Source: Neoechinorhynchus agilis
Taxonomy: Eukaryota; Animalia; Acanthocephala
Direction of reading: 5' to 3'
NCBI GenBank assembly: GCA_051530055.1
Contig: CM121342.1
Coordinates: forward strand, 592,797-656,796
DNA length: 64,000 bases
Within the stretch, counting starts at the first letter, position 1, and every line of letters begins with the position of its first letter. The notes below the pieces were generated by a model. The model was not told where the DNA came from and made no database searches. It saw only the letters and a program-made list of their open reading frames with translations. This document shows positions 46,420-59,210 of the stretch, one piece after another. A program made the position numbers and the translations under genes.

Positions 46420-47725
46420 TCGGGAGGTAATATCTGGTCGGCGGGATGTCTATTCAAATAGGAACTATTCAGCCGGAAACGGTTCGTTCGGGTGAGGATG
46501 CGTCTGTTCGATTGAGAATATCCGGTTGGGTTGGAAAGTCCGTTCTGATGGTAATATCTGGTCGGAGGGCTGCCTATTCGGGTAGGAACTATCCACTCGG
46601 GGACGGTTCGTTCGGGTGAGGATGTCCGTTCGATTAAGAATATTCAGTTGGGTTGGAAGGGTCCGTTCTGGTGGGAATTAGAGTTTATTGCCTGCAGGAG
46701 CGCTTATAAGGTTGGTCTTTTCTCAGAATCATTTCGGGTTATTATATCCGAGAAGATTGAGCGCATAGAAAAAGGAGCGTAGATATAGTGAGGTACGAGG
46801 TATAGTAGGGTGAAACGAATTAAGATTACGAATGTTGTGCTCGTGTGAAAAGGGAGCGATATATGGTGGAAAATGTGGTGGTAGAGTTGAAAGGCGTTTT
46901 GATTGTTTTATGAAAATAGCATCATGGCATTCGGTGAGGGGGGAAAGTCAGATATGCAAATTTTAGATGCTCTTTTATGAAGAATTTCAAGACGGCGGAT
47001 TAGCGATTTGGAAAAGTTGCAAAAAACGGGATAACCGTAGGTGAGGGATGGTAAGATAAAGCAGAAGTAAAATTTGTAGAGATCGGGTGAAAGAATTCCT
47101 AAATGTCCTATGCGTTTGAGAAGATAAATTTTAAAGGCGTTGTGTTTGAGGGAGAGAGTGATGTGCGAGTCCCATTTCGAATTTGATTGAAATTGGATAC
47201 CCAGAATTCTTAGGGAGGTTACTCGTAGGATGTCATTTAGAAGCTCAGGGGATGATGTGGGGTTGCGGGAGAGACGGGATAATTTCGAAGCATTTAGAGA
47301 AATCGAGATGGAGTTTGTGATTGGTGCAGAAATCTTTTATGTGTGTGATTTCCTTAGAGGTTAAGGAAAAGGCGAGGTGGAGTGGTGATTGAGTGACGAG
47401 GGTGAGTGTCTGCATATAAGAAAAGTTTAGAGTGAGAGGAGATAGGTTTGAGGTCGTTTAGGAAAATATTAAAGAGAAGTGGTGACAGCACAGCACCTTG
47501 AAGTACGCCTTTGGAGAAGGATAGGCCAATAGAAAAGGTAGAACAGCAGTGAATGTATTGTTTGCGATTGTGAAGATAAGATTGGAGCCAGCTGATCTGC
47601 CACAAGTTGAGACCAAAATCGGAGCAGGCCCGGAGGAGTAAATAGTCCACTGAGTCGAAAGCTTTAGATAAATCAAGTTGAATGAGACGGATGACGTGGG
47701 AGGACGGGTGACATGGGAGGTACAT
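46420..47725 (-). mobile_element. CR1/L2-type LINE 3' half; the 3' UTR contains a 124-bp tandem dimer (46426-46672)
   Basis: LDLSKAFDSVD..WLQSYLHNRKQY..GVLQGAVLSPLLFNIFLND..LYAD. The anchor ggtaatatctggtcgg occurs at 46426 and 46550. Confidence 0.85.
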
Positions 47726-47853
47726 TAGTCAATATCTAATACCCATGACTCGTCAATGACGGAAATTACTGTAGCGTCAATCGTGAATAACTCATTGTTA
47801 CATACTTCAAAGAGTGAGAACACGATCATTGCAAAAAATCATTCAGAGAACGA

Positions 47854-48399
47854 ATGTACTCGTATCAGTACTATCGAGATCCACTTTTGGACGAAATGTT
47901 AAAAATGAAGCCTGATATCGATCCGAAACATATAATAACCGATACATTGCCTGATCAGATCATTTCCACTTTCACAGATGAAATTGATCTTTCCTTGGAT
48001 AGTCGAGATGAAAACCCGTATCCTGACGTTTATGTAGGTTTTGATAGAGCGTCCGTTAATTCAGAATCGTTACCTGAATTGAACTCAAAAGACCATCTTA
48101 GATACGGATATCGATATCTTGAATCCATTCATTGTCACGATGATCAGGATTACGAAAGAGGATTTGTTAACAATGCTGTTCCTGATGGATTTGCGCCTTA
48201 TTGCAGTCCAGGAGATTTCGATGACATAATTATTGATAGTCTATACGCGAATTCCGATAAAATTACCATCAAAAATCAAAGATTCAAACAATTTGATTAT
48301 TTACCTCTGCCAGTTTCATCGTACTTACACTGGATACCAATGCCAAAAGCTCGAAAAATATTTAGATCGAGAGGCGAATTGTGGATGGAAAAGAGTTAA
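47854..48399 (+). CDS. Hypothetical acidic protein, 181 aa
   Basis: ATG-started 546-nt ORF in AT-rich DNA with protein-like composition; no family recognised. Confidence 0.45.
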   Translation: MYSYQYYRDPLLDEMLKMKPDIDPKHIITDTLPDQIISTFTDEIDLSLDSRDENPYPDVYVGFDRASVNSESLPELNSKDHLRYGYRYLESIHCHDDQDYERGFVNNAVPDGFAPYCSPGDFDDIIIDSLYANSDKITIKNQRFKQFDYLPLPVSSYLHWIPMPKARKIFRSRGELWMEKS

Positions 48400-49450
48400 T
48401 CTACTCAGATACACATAGTCCTTAAACTATAGCTTATTAAACACAACTATAATTTCGAATGAATCTAGTTCACCTCAACAAAATAAAAACTTCTCTTGAC
48501 ATGTAGAACAACGAAGGAGTTTGATTGGGACTCACATCAAACAGGAGTACCACTGTTTCGCTTCCCATTGTGCCTTTGACAAAAATTGCTATGATACGAA
48601 AAATTATTTTGGGGAAAACATTAAAAATAGTGGCTCTAATGTGACCCGCGCCTAAAAGGCCCTGAAGATTCTATTATGGAATCTTTATACCACCATAAGG
48701 ATTCCTTCAATTAAAATAACAGTTGTCGAGATTTTGCATCCCCACTATAAATACACAAACACCCATAGCAAATGGCACAATGATTGAGGTGTATGTGCTT
48801 AAAAGCATCCTCGAGTGGATTATGGAACAGTTAAACAACCTAGTGACATTCAACAAACGTGAGCCTCCCGATTACCTATTCAGAACCTCTTGTAAGTTAT
48901 TCAGAACATTTCCCCTAACTTTGATAGGGGCAAAAGAAGTTTTCTTGACTATTCACCAGTCTAGCCTCGTGAAATTTCAGGAAATAAAAAAATCAAAATA
49001 CACAACCCTTCTCGATGAATAATAATATTTCCAATTTAGGCTTTGATGGATTTCTCATAGCTTATTCTATTAGATATCAAAACCACAATAATAATGCGCA
49101 CTCAGACAACGAACACGATTATATCTATCAAATGACGTACGTCATCATTGATTAGTAGTTACATATATAACAGGCTTCCCAACGTATAATGCCTCGCGAG
49201 CATATCGTATGTCACTACACCTTTTGCAAGGTATTTCAAAAGCGTCCTTGGGTCTCCTACGTTTTCAGGATACTGGTCCTTTACTTCTATTGAATAGGCT
49301 CCCATATATACCTTAATTATGCCCCTTCCCAAATACCAAGAAACTCATATATTGGCTTTTCTGATGGTTACAAATCTGTATAAGAAAAACACTTAGTTCT
49401 CGACACCTTTGCTCCATCAAGAATGATATATTTTCAATTAAAATTGTTCT

Positions 49451-49590
49451 GTTGTTTTTTGGGTCGCTTGTCGACATCCGGGATGGATCGTTAAAGACGA
49501 TTATATGTCGACTGATTCAATCAAATCATTCTAAATATATTCGTCTTTAATGATCCCTCTCGGGTGTCGACAAGCGACCCAAATAACAAC
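49451..49590. repeat. ~50-bp imperfect inverted repeat (foldback/MITE-like); related sequence at ~12275-12385
   Basis: Arms at 49451-49500 and 49541-49590 pair with 5 mismatches. Confidence 0.85.
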
Positions 49591-51430
49591 ATATCCAACC
49601 ACCCGAATGCAATCGTCAATATCAAATTCTTATTATCGATAACCCGTTTTACAAATTTTATTCCGAAATTCATCTCTTTCGCCAACACTATTTTTATTAG
49701 TAATGATATATATTTTTTAACAAATTAATTCTTCGCACTTAATCCATTGGCTCATCTACGCAGATAATATTTTTATTTTGTTCGGTTTGTCATTAATTTA
49801 AATAAAACATGTATCATCCTCCTACCCAAATCCTATGTTCCAAGAATCTCACTAATCAATTTAATCAATTCTACCCTATTTCAAGGGCCAAACCAAAACT
49901 TTTGGTATCGACTTACCTGTAACAAAATCAAATGTTATATTGAACGTTCTAGATGTCTTCTGGTTGTACGACCGATTTTATATCGCTCACCCAAAACAAT
50001 AATGACTGGGTCGTTGTTTCTTTGCAAGTGACTGATCCACGGAACTTAGAGCCTTCGTTTTAATAAAAATTTATTTTATCAACTTAATGTGGATTAAGAC
50101 CACTTGCAATCTTTATTAAATGGTTTATTTTTTGTCCTGGTTGTTTTATCCCCATCTTACCATCTGCAAGTACTTGAAGGTGATCTGCTGTTGTTCGGAC
50201 AATATCAGGTAAAGATTCCAATAATACGGACTATTGATCAGTGATAGAGCAGACTTGTCCACTATCAGAGACTGAATGTGAAAAATTCAATTTATTTTTG
50301 AGCACAGCTTCAGACCGGGATGCAAGGCAGATTAAGTTCGATTTTGACTAAAGAAGAAACAAGAAGAGAAAAAGTCCCGCGCTTGATCCTTAGCCTAATT
50401 TCGCAGGTTCTTTTTAGATATTTCTAAATGCAGCAGGAAAAAACTGAACGATTTGAGATCAATCCAACATTCAGTCTTACTCATCTGCCTGGATCAAGGC
50501 TTACCGAAATTCTGATAAAATGTATTATAAATTTTAAATGCATGATAAAACATGACCCCATTAAGTTAGGCAGTTCAAGAATGTTTGAATCTTTCAATGA
50601 ATTTGTAAGACTAATTTTTGAGTGGCTCAATCAAATCCATTTTTCCTGGAGATGAAATAGCTGGAGATATGGATTGGGTATTGAAAATACCCCAATACTC
50701 ACATCGATATCGACAGAAAATTTGCATAACTTTTTTCGTTTGAAATGATTGTGAAAGCGACAGTAAAAGCGATTTCAAAATTTTCCTAAGTTCGAAAATG
50801 CACCAAGGAATCTATAATACTGTTCCAGGAAGTCGTACTCGCGCACAGTGAATTTGCTAACTGCGAGGCAAAAAGACAGGTATTTAAGGAGCTACACTGC
50901 GTTGATAAGTCAAAGCTGCCCTACGTAACCACAAGAGAATAAGAGACCACCCACAAGTTAGAGTAAGATAAAAATCGAATTTGAGTTCAGTTTCTCGAAA
51001 CTATAAATAAAAATCCACCAGGTTTTAAGCTAAAGCCACGTTTCGAGTGAATTGAAGTAGTGATCTTCAAATGACCGAGATGAAGAAAAATAGTGAGCAA
51101 TTTAAGCATAGTAATTTAATATCAGAAGCGCTAGAAAGCAGAATAACGCGACGTTCACAAGTTGCTAATAAAATAGCGCAGAGCTAGGAATAATTTAGCG
51201 ACAACAGTTACTACTTTTAAGTATTCGAAAACTAGATTTATGTACACCTAGAAGCACTGGATCCAGCCAATCACTAACAAGCAAGAGAAATCGTTCTTAC
51301 CAACGTAAAAAAGTCTAAATAACGGAATATATTTCGCTTGTTCTACTGTTCATTTAGTTTTTAAAACAAGAGATATATGTAATGTTTTCTTAGTGCCTTT
51401 GTCAGACAAATTTATTGCGTAATAAACAGT

Positions 51431-52805
51431 TTACTGTTTGTATTTTCGCTTCATGACATTTGTAGATATGTATTTGAATGATCCGAACTGGGCTTTCGAA
51501 CTAGTGATTAATATTTTTTTCAATTTACAGACATCCGCCTCTCCGTATAATCGCGAATACTTCTTTAAAAACTCAGAAATGCTCTTTTCAGAAGAACAAA
51601 TATTAACGTCATCTATGAGGTCCAAGAGATCGTCCACGGAATATTTTAAGAGGATGTTGGAACTGAAAATATCGAGTCCGCGCTCATTAATTTTCATTTT
51701 GATTTCATTTTCAAAATTTAAAATGTCTAACCTTTTAGCCAATAAAAAACATTCGATCGGATTCGTTAGCTGACATGAATTCAAAAATTTAATGCATTTT
51801 TCCAACAAACGAATGATGCCGAGTTCTTTGGATGCTGCAATAAAATGAGCGACGTTTTGCATATTCATTTGAATTCGACGCCGGTACAGAAAATCGAGGC
51901 AGCCAATGACTCCATTGTGAGTAGATTTCTCAAGTTCGATCAAAAGTACCAAACTATCGTCCAAATAGCTTAGCTTCTTTCTAAATTTTGCATTTTAAAG
52001 AAGAAAATCGGAAATTCGAAAAGGGTATTCTTAAGAAAGTCTTAAATGGTGGTCGTAAGGCTTGAGGCTTTTCTCTCATTAAACTCTTAGAATATGGTTT
52101 CTTTTAGGAATCGAATTCGGTTAAAAATTCGACAAAGGAACTATTTTGCGATTATAGATATCGAAACGATATAAAAGGAAGTAATATTTAATAGCAATGA
52201 ATTCCTTTTTTATTAGGGTGTTCAAAAAACTTGAGATTGAATCGAAAAATGAGCCCAAGACACTCACGAATTTGCATTTCCTTTATGAAATATTAAAAAT
52301 CGACAAGCGTGTTTGAAAATACGTACTTTATAAATGGACTCTCTCCATAAAGCAAAGTTCTATGACATCCATAATCCGTTCCTTTTACTCGGATAAGCAA
52401 ATCGAACATCCTTTGTTGGCGTCTCATGATTCCCAATGCAACGCACTTATGAACTGGATTTCTCAAAAGATCGTAAGTCTTAAGGATCTTTTGTTCGTGC
52501 TTCATCGGTTCGTACTCTCGATCACAAATTGAACCATCCTGCTCTCTTGCATATTTTTGGAGTGAAAGATGATCTATAATTTTTGAAACATTTCGATCTT
52601 CTTGTATTTCATCGATTGGGAGAGGTGAGAAATCAGCAATATTGTAACGTGGTGGTAATTGTAAAGCTATAACGTTATTAATCTCAAATACTTTTCGTTT
52701 TGAAGCGGGTTTACTTTGTTCAATGGACAATCTAAATCTAGGCTGGACCCATTTGCTTGACATTACCGTATAAAATCGTAGTGGCAAACGTCCTATCGTT
52801 TCCAT
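51431..52805 (-). CDS. BTB-BACK domain protein; predicted join(52327-52805, 51431-51980), 342 aa
   Basis: FDLLIRVKGTDYGCHRTLLYGESPF (BTB start) and LDFLY..NMQNVAHFIAASKELGI..LEKCIKFL (BTB end/BACK). A GTACGT..TTTAG intron at 51981-52326 joins them in frame. Confidence 0.8.
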
Positions 52806-54014
52806 CGTAACGTCTACACTTTTTCAATGAGAAATTATGCATTCGGATTTTAATAAGGTATTATTGAACTATTTCTAATCTGCATTAGCGTAGCGAAAAG
52901 TTAAGTTGTTCATAGGATAAATTGCACGTGGAGATATGTCAAACTTTCTCGGTCTAGAGAAAAATTTGTTTTGTGGTCATTGGCTCATTTTCTTTGTTTT
53001 AAACATTGTGTTGTTTGATTGCTATGACGGCGATCGATGGTAATGGGTAACAAATTACCAAATCAAACACATTTATATTTATAAAAGTAGTGAGGGTTCT
53101 GAATTTCTTCATAGATCAGAACAATATAGAGAATAAATACAAACCTTGATAATATTTTTACTTGAAAATATTGAATGAAAAGGATTGCAAAGCGCCAGTC
53201 TTTAGATTCGATTTATTTTAGAAGATTTTTATACGTCAGTCTCGTTTTACATTTCGGATGAATGCAAAATTATACCTGTAAATTATTGATTTTATTAGTC
53301 TTAGTGGTTTTAATTTTTAATGAAACAGTGAGATAAACATCTTCTTTTTAGCGTGCATGGTCTTCAAGTTTAAATTCGAAAATGTAGCTTATTCGAAGAG
53401 CTTCATAGTTAAGCGACCAGGTTAGGAAGTCAATTTTCTACTCATGCAGTAGGTTTGAATACTTAATCATGGACGAAGAAATACTTGCAGTTTAGACCAC
53501 TCTTTCAATATTGAAACGTTAAGTGGAGTCTTTAAACAGCTAAAATGTATCATAGAGACATCATGGATTTAAATATGGCCAAAATATTTATAATAACCTT
53601 TGCAGTTTCTCGACCTTACCGCTCACAATCCAAACATATTCAAGAAAATAACTTGTTTAATATCTTAAGATATATTTCACGAGGAAACCTCTCCTTATCA
53701 GTCATCTAAAAGGTTCGCTATTTCAGAAGTTCGAGAACCGTATTTTATTTATTTATTAATACACGCATACTTTTAGTTTATGAGTTTTTTCTTTAGATTG
53801 AGGTAATGAGCGAACTCTTAGCTCCTCAATACCCATACTTACCTTCAAAAAAAGAAAACTAACCTGGTAGCTAATAAAAACAGCTCTTTTTGTCTTTATA
53901 AGACCTAGAATTGATAAAATAGTTTATAGTACAATATTGAAATCGTAAAGATAGACGAATACATTTGATTCGATAAAATTTGGTGATTTATTAATTTAAA
54001 TCGATAAAATTGGT

Positions 54015-54260
54015 CTTGGTCAATATTTCGACTCACACGTGAGTCTTCGTCAGGTCTAAAAAGTGGAGAGAGTCAGGTTATTCTTGAACGTATTTTGAGT
54101 TTAAAATCTGCCTTATTCCCTTCCATTGTATTATTTTGGTTAATGTAAATTGACTCTGCTATTATTCGTTTGTAGCGGTTATCACTCCGCATCAAAACTT
54201 TTACATCATCAAAATCAATATTGTGGGCTGTATTTTTGACATGATTTGCAATTAAAATAC
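54015..54260 (-). mobile_element. Penelope-like 3' end with a hammerhead-like core
   Basis: HNIDFDDVKVL..RIIAESIYI..MEGNK is paralogous to 12708-12977. CTGACGA-A-GACTCAC-GT-GTGAGTC-GAAA lies at 54026-54053. Confidence 0.8.
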
Positions 54261-56740
54261 GCCTAATGGAAAAGAAAAAGCCATTTAAAGAAGAATTAAC
54301 ATGTGTTCCATTTTTAGACGAAGGGAAATTGATGCCCAAAATTCGATTGTTTCTCAACAAAACGAATTTGGAGAAAGTGAGATTAGATTTGAGATCTTTA
54401 AAAGCGATCTTGCGTGAGATTTGCTTAAAGGGATCAATACAATTTTCCCAAGGTTGATAGATAGGCTAGCTGCTATGAAGTGGAATTGGAGCTGAGTCAA
54501 GAATGATAAGACGTGGGAGATTAAAAAACTGCGACTCTTATGTTTGCAAAAGAGAAAAATATCATCAGCATATATTAAAGGAAATATGCTCTTGCTCTTA
54601 AGCAGTTTGGATTTAAAAATATACATGAGTATACATAGGAAAAGGGTGGGGGAAAGAGGTGAGCCCTGTGGAACACCGTATTTTGTAAAAAAACAAGTAC
54701 GATTACGGTAATTTACCATTAAAGATTCTTTCTAAAACTGAGATTAGCGGATTTTGAATAGATATAATGCGTATATGAGAAGCATTAGTGATTTTTTAAC
54801 TTTATTTTTTGGGATAAGTCTTTTTAACCATATTAATTTTCAACAGATCCTTTACTTCAATTTTATCATTGAAGTGGTTGAAAAAGAGGAGTTTATTATC
54901 CTCCTCTACACTGCTGAAAATGGAAGGAGAAACACCAAAATGGTTGTTTGCTCTGGAAGGGTTAGATCTGTTGTGACTGTAATTGAAGGGTCGGGTGAAG
55001 CGATTTTTTTATAAATCCGTCCAAGAAGGAGTGAGCGTTTTTATGGAAGCTGTGAAACGAGGGGAGCTTAGGTAATATACAATTATGAAATTTGAAGGTT
55101 TCACGGAAAGCTGTCAGATAATTAGAATTGAAATCTCCCCCAATAATATCTGGATTCCAATTCAAAACTTTGTAGGCTTGTGATTTGAGGAATGAAGAAA
55201 TTTTACGGGGAACAACGTAAAAGTTAATGATAATAAGATGAGTGTCCAAGAAATGGAGATGGGAGTGGAGAGGATAAATAATAGAAATAATTTGGAATGC
55301 GAAATCACTGTTTTTTTCCAGGACAAGCAATTTAGGTTGCCATTTCCTGAGAATAAAAGATTGCAAGCATCCGGAGAACCCAATGAGGTTATTCCCCCTG
55401 GATTAGAGGGGGGAAGAAAAAAAGATAGGTAGGAGTCAGAAGAGATTAGAAGTCTGGGACCTGATTCCTGAAAAAAGAGGATGTCTGGAATCGAATCGGA
55501 AATTGTGTTTAGAATATGAGGGGGAAGAGAAAAAGCTCTCGATAAATTATGTGCTGTTATAGCGAACTTAAACATTCTATTTAGTTAACCCTGCCTTTCT
55601 TATGAGTAAGAAACTTGGAAGATGACAAGGAGGGGTGTTTTTTGGGGGAGGGGACGATGATCATCTCCTCCGAGTCGGAAGGGCTGCTTGAGGATGGTGC
55701 GCCAGAATTCATATTTATGGGGCCGGGAACAGGAAAGCTAGATTTGATGATGGTTTCTTTTAGGGGTTTCTTGGCCAAGGAAGAGCATTGGGCCAAAAAT
55801 TGTTTAACAGCTTGGCATGATCTGGCGAAAGCAGGGTGAGGAAGATTGCAATTGGCGCATTTGACTTTTTTGGGGTCCGGACATTTATCCTTGAAGTTGT
55901 CTCCAGCGCAGAAAATACACCTAGGAGTGATTTTGCATCCATGAGGCTGATGACCACAGTGGGAGCACTTCTGGCAAATAGTGAGATTGAAATCGTAGAT
56001 CGAATCCCTATAACTGGTGAAGGATACTAAATGCGAAAACACATTTTTTTAAGAACCACATAAGCAATTAGCTACATCAATTGGGGCGGGGTAAAGAAAG
56101 GCATATATTGGGAGCTACTGTTTTTGCGGAATAGGTATTTTATGAGTTTGATTTTGAGATCGCTCTCAACAATTTTTTGTTCTTTAATCGGGAGATCAAG
56201 AGGAGGGTTGGTCATCAGGAAAGAGACCTTTCTGGAAATATCATCATGTTTTATTTTCATATCTGTAAGCATAAAAGCAAAGAGAAAGCTGAACTTGTTG
56301 TCGAAAATTCTTTTGAAACTATAGGTGGGAAGGTTACGTTGGTGTGATGAGAGACTATGTTTGTTGTATTTTTCCAAAATATTGTATTTGGAGTGGGAGC
56401 CCGTATTTTCTTTGTGAATGCAAAGGATATAATCCTCCTTTCTGATGGGAAGTTTGGTTATGGGAACTTGGATGGACGAATCAGAGGGAAGGAGAGGTCT
56501 GGGGAGGGGTTTCGGCAGGGAATAGGGGATGGGGTTAACAGTGAAGACACAAATACCTCATCAGTCCGAAAAACTCCGCCTTCATCTCGAAGTGGTGGAT
56601 GATCAACGGCGTCCATCCGAGAGTCCGACAAGACTGAGCGATCTGAGCGCAATCAATTCCTCGATCTTTAGACTCGTTTGTCGGTACGCAGTTTTTAACC
56701 AAAAAATTGCGCGACGACATAGTTTTTGAGAACCGTATGT
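54260..56740 (-). mobile_element. I/Jockey-type LINE, the most complete copy (ORF1, APE, partial RT), decayed
   Basis: CQKCSHCGH..CIFC..CANCNLPH, APE motifs ITAHN..DILFFQE..IIGGDFN, and RT GVPQGSPLSP..IYADDI. Confidence 0.85.
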
Positions 56741-56829
56741 CCGCCCGCGTACCACTGCATTGTGTGGTTTTTTCATTGATTTTTAAAACGTCGTTGGCCC
56801 ATTATTTTAAGCTAAAGTTTTGTTTCCTT

Positions 56830-57960
56830 CGATGGAATTGGACGCGTCGGTTGGATATGGCCGATAATTGTTAAAAACGACGACAAGCAAGTTTATGTTG
56901 AGTTACTCTCTTCTTGATGTCCTGCATCGTTTGTCCGAAATTCACGCTATCACACTTCAAGAACTGTATTTTATAAAACCCGCGGGTCCAATCAGTGCAT
57001 CTCTCGTTCTTGTAAGTTGCGAGGGTAATCCCTTTATTGTTGTACAATCGAACACCAACCTACGTCTTCATAATCGAGTGGATTACCTAGTTTCTAACGT
57101 CGTTAATGCAGTCAACCCTTTCGAATTTAAGAGGCTCCGAGGGCGGTTTTGTGTGATGTGGTTTTAATTCTTGATAATCACGCTTTGATATTGGTCGATA
57201 GTTACATATCTTAATACCGCAGTCAATTGTCCATCGAGGATATCCTCCTATTCTCAATCCCCTGACGATAATTTCCTCTTCTTTTGTCCACGCAAATCGA
57301 GGGGATGATATCATAAAAACTCTTCGGAAATACGAAGTAACCGCGGAAATCTCGTGCCTCATCCGTAGATGATTTGACCACTTTGGTGGTCCCCATGGCA
57401 CGTTTGGCTTACGAATTAAAGCAGTGGTTAATTTTCCTTGCATTGGAAGATTAAGCAGAAAGTCCAGAAACGAAATCTCACGATTGTCATTCTCTCTCGA
57501 TTGACTGTGTACTGTATGTTTGGATCTTGAATGTTCAATATTACATTTGATGAGTCGTTGTTGTGGTTCAAATCAGTCAGAATAAATACATCATCCACAT
57601 AAGGCAACCACCTATTTTACACGATTATGAAGTTCCAAGAAAATGGACTCATAATCCCGCATGTAGATGCCGTCCAAGGTCGGAGCAAGCGGCGAGCCCA
57701 TGGCTACACCATCTCTTTAATCTTAGAAATAACCCTCAAATTCAAAGAAAGTTATAATCGTGCACCATTGGATTAGGAAAACCCAGGTACCAAGGTCCAA
57801 ACGTTGTTCGCTGCAATGCTTAGTAAGATAGCAAATAATCCCATCGTTTTGGTCAACGGGACATTGGTGAAAATAGTGCTCATCCCGAAGGATTTTCTTG
57901 ATATGATTAACATTTACTAATGTTTCTACTGTAACCTTTTTGCCCACGTTCAAAGATGAT
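56830..57960 (-). mobile_element. Penelope-like element, RT + GIY-YIG, decayed
   Basis: GVAMGSPLAPTL..YM, YVDDVF, EISFLD, RKPNVPWG and VYKIQ..GQTMQDIKKRVTQH appear in successive frames. Confidence 0.85.
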
Positions 57961-58206
57961 TAAATTCTTATTTAAAATAGTATTTTAATGACCGAGAAAT
58001 GACAAAAACCATGTAGTGTCGAAGTTTGGAAAACGCAATTTTAGAAAATTAAGTTCCTAATCTACATAGAGGGTTCAAAAGTACTATATAAATAAGGTGT
58101 TTATTCATCTCAAGAAAATTTGAGTTGAATTTTAATCTAAAATAACATGTAGATGTCTTCATCGCTATTAATTAAATCATTCATTATTACTGTTGGGCGA
58201 AACGAG

Positions 58207-58249
58207 ATTTGTTTTGTGCGGACCGTCTGGGTGTCCGCACAAAACAAAT
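58207..58249. repeat. Perfect 17-bp hairpin with a 9-nt loop
   Basis: atttgttttgtgcggac-cgtctgggt-gtccgcacaaaacaaat. Confidence 0.9.
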
Positions 58250-58324
58250 ATTAATTAAATGTAAAATAATTTAATCGACGGCTTAAAATTCATTCAATAA
58301 ATGTCGTACAGTGAACACCATGAC

Positions 58325-59210
58325 TCAAGAACACAATCTTCATCCTGAAACTACTTTATAAACTGCGCACGGCTTCCTCCTTCAAGCACGTCGATAAGTT
58401 AAAGAAGCTCGATGGCATTGTGAAGGCGTGTCTTGGGCACATTTTAAATATCCAGCTATTAGACGAGGCCTGGCGACAAGCTTCATTGTCTGTATCGTCC
58501 GGTGGCTTGGGTATTTGAAAAACAGTAGAATGTGTCATTAGGATCATTCGAAGGGAGTTTGGATCTGGCAAAACGTATATTGGGACCCAAGTTCTGTTTA
58601 GCGGACGAATTTCTAGTGGCGATCCAAGAATGGTGGGAGAAGACGGTTTACAACCAAGTTCCCGTGAATTGCCTAAAGCAGTCTATCTGGGATAAACCTT
58701 TAGTCGCCCGAGCTCATAGTTCTCTAATTTCAGGCTCTTGCGACGAGGTCGACCGGCTAGATTGCTGGCAGTCTCTAAAGGAGAATCGGCAGCATGGTTA
58801 AAAGCCCTACCCATTGCATCCGTAGGAACACTCCTCGCAGACGAAGCAGTTCGGATCGGAGTATCCCTCAGATTAGGTCTACCGATTTGTGTCGAACATC
58901 GTTGACGGTGTGGAATGATCGTGGATCAGCTGGGGAGGGCATGCTAAATTGAAACACGTAATTTCGCGTGCCCTAAAAACGGTGAACGTCCCAAACATTT
59001 GAGAGCCAAGCAACCTGTGCCAACTCGATGGTCGTCGTCCGGATGGCGTCACCGTATTTTCGTGGCGAGAAGGCAAATGTCTTCTCTGGGACGCCACGTC
59101 TGTAGACACGTTCGCGGCAACTAACAGGAGGTTTGTAGTGCAATCCCCAGGCGATCGCGACCACTGAGGGGAGAGAGATGCCTCTTCTTCGTGGACGGTG
59201 GTGATTGTTG
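58325..59210 (+). mobile_element. CRE-clade 3' fragment, same subfamily as 9023-9790
   Basis: AWRQASLSVSSGGLG, QSIWDKPLVARAH and RRPDGVTVFSWREGKCLLWDAT. Confidence 0.85.
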
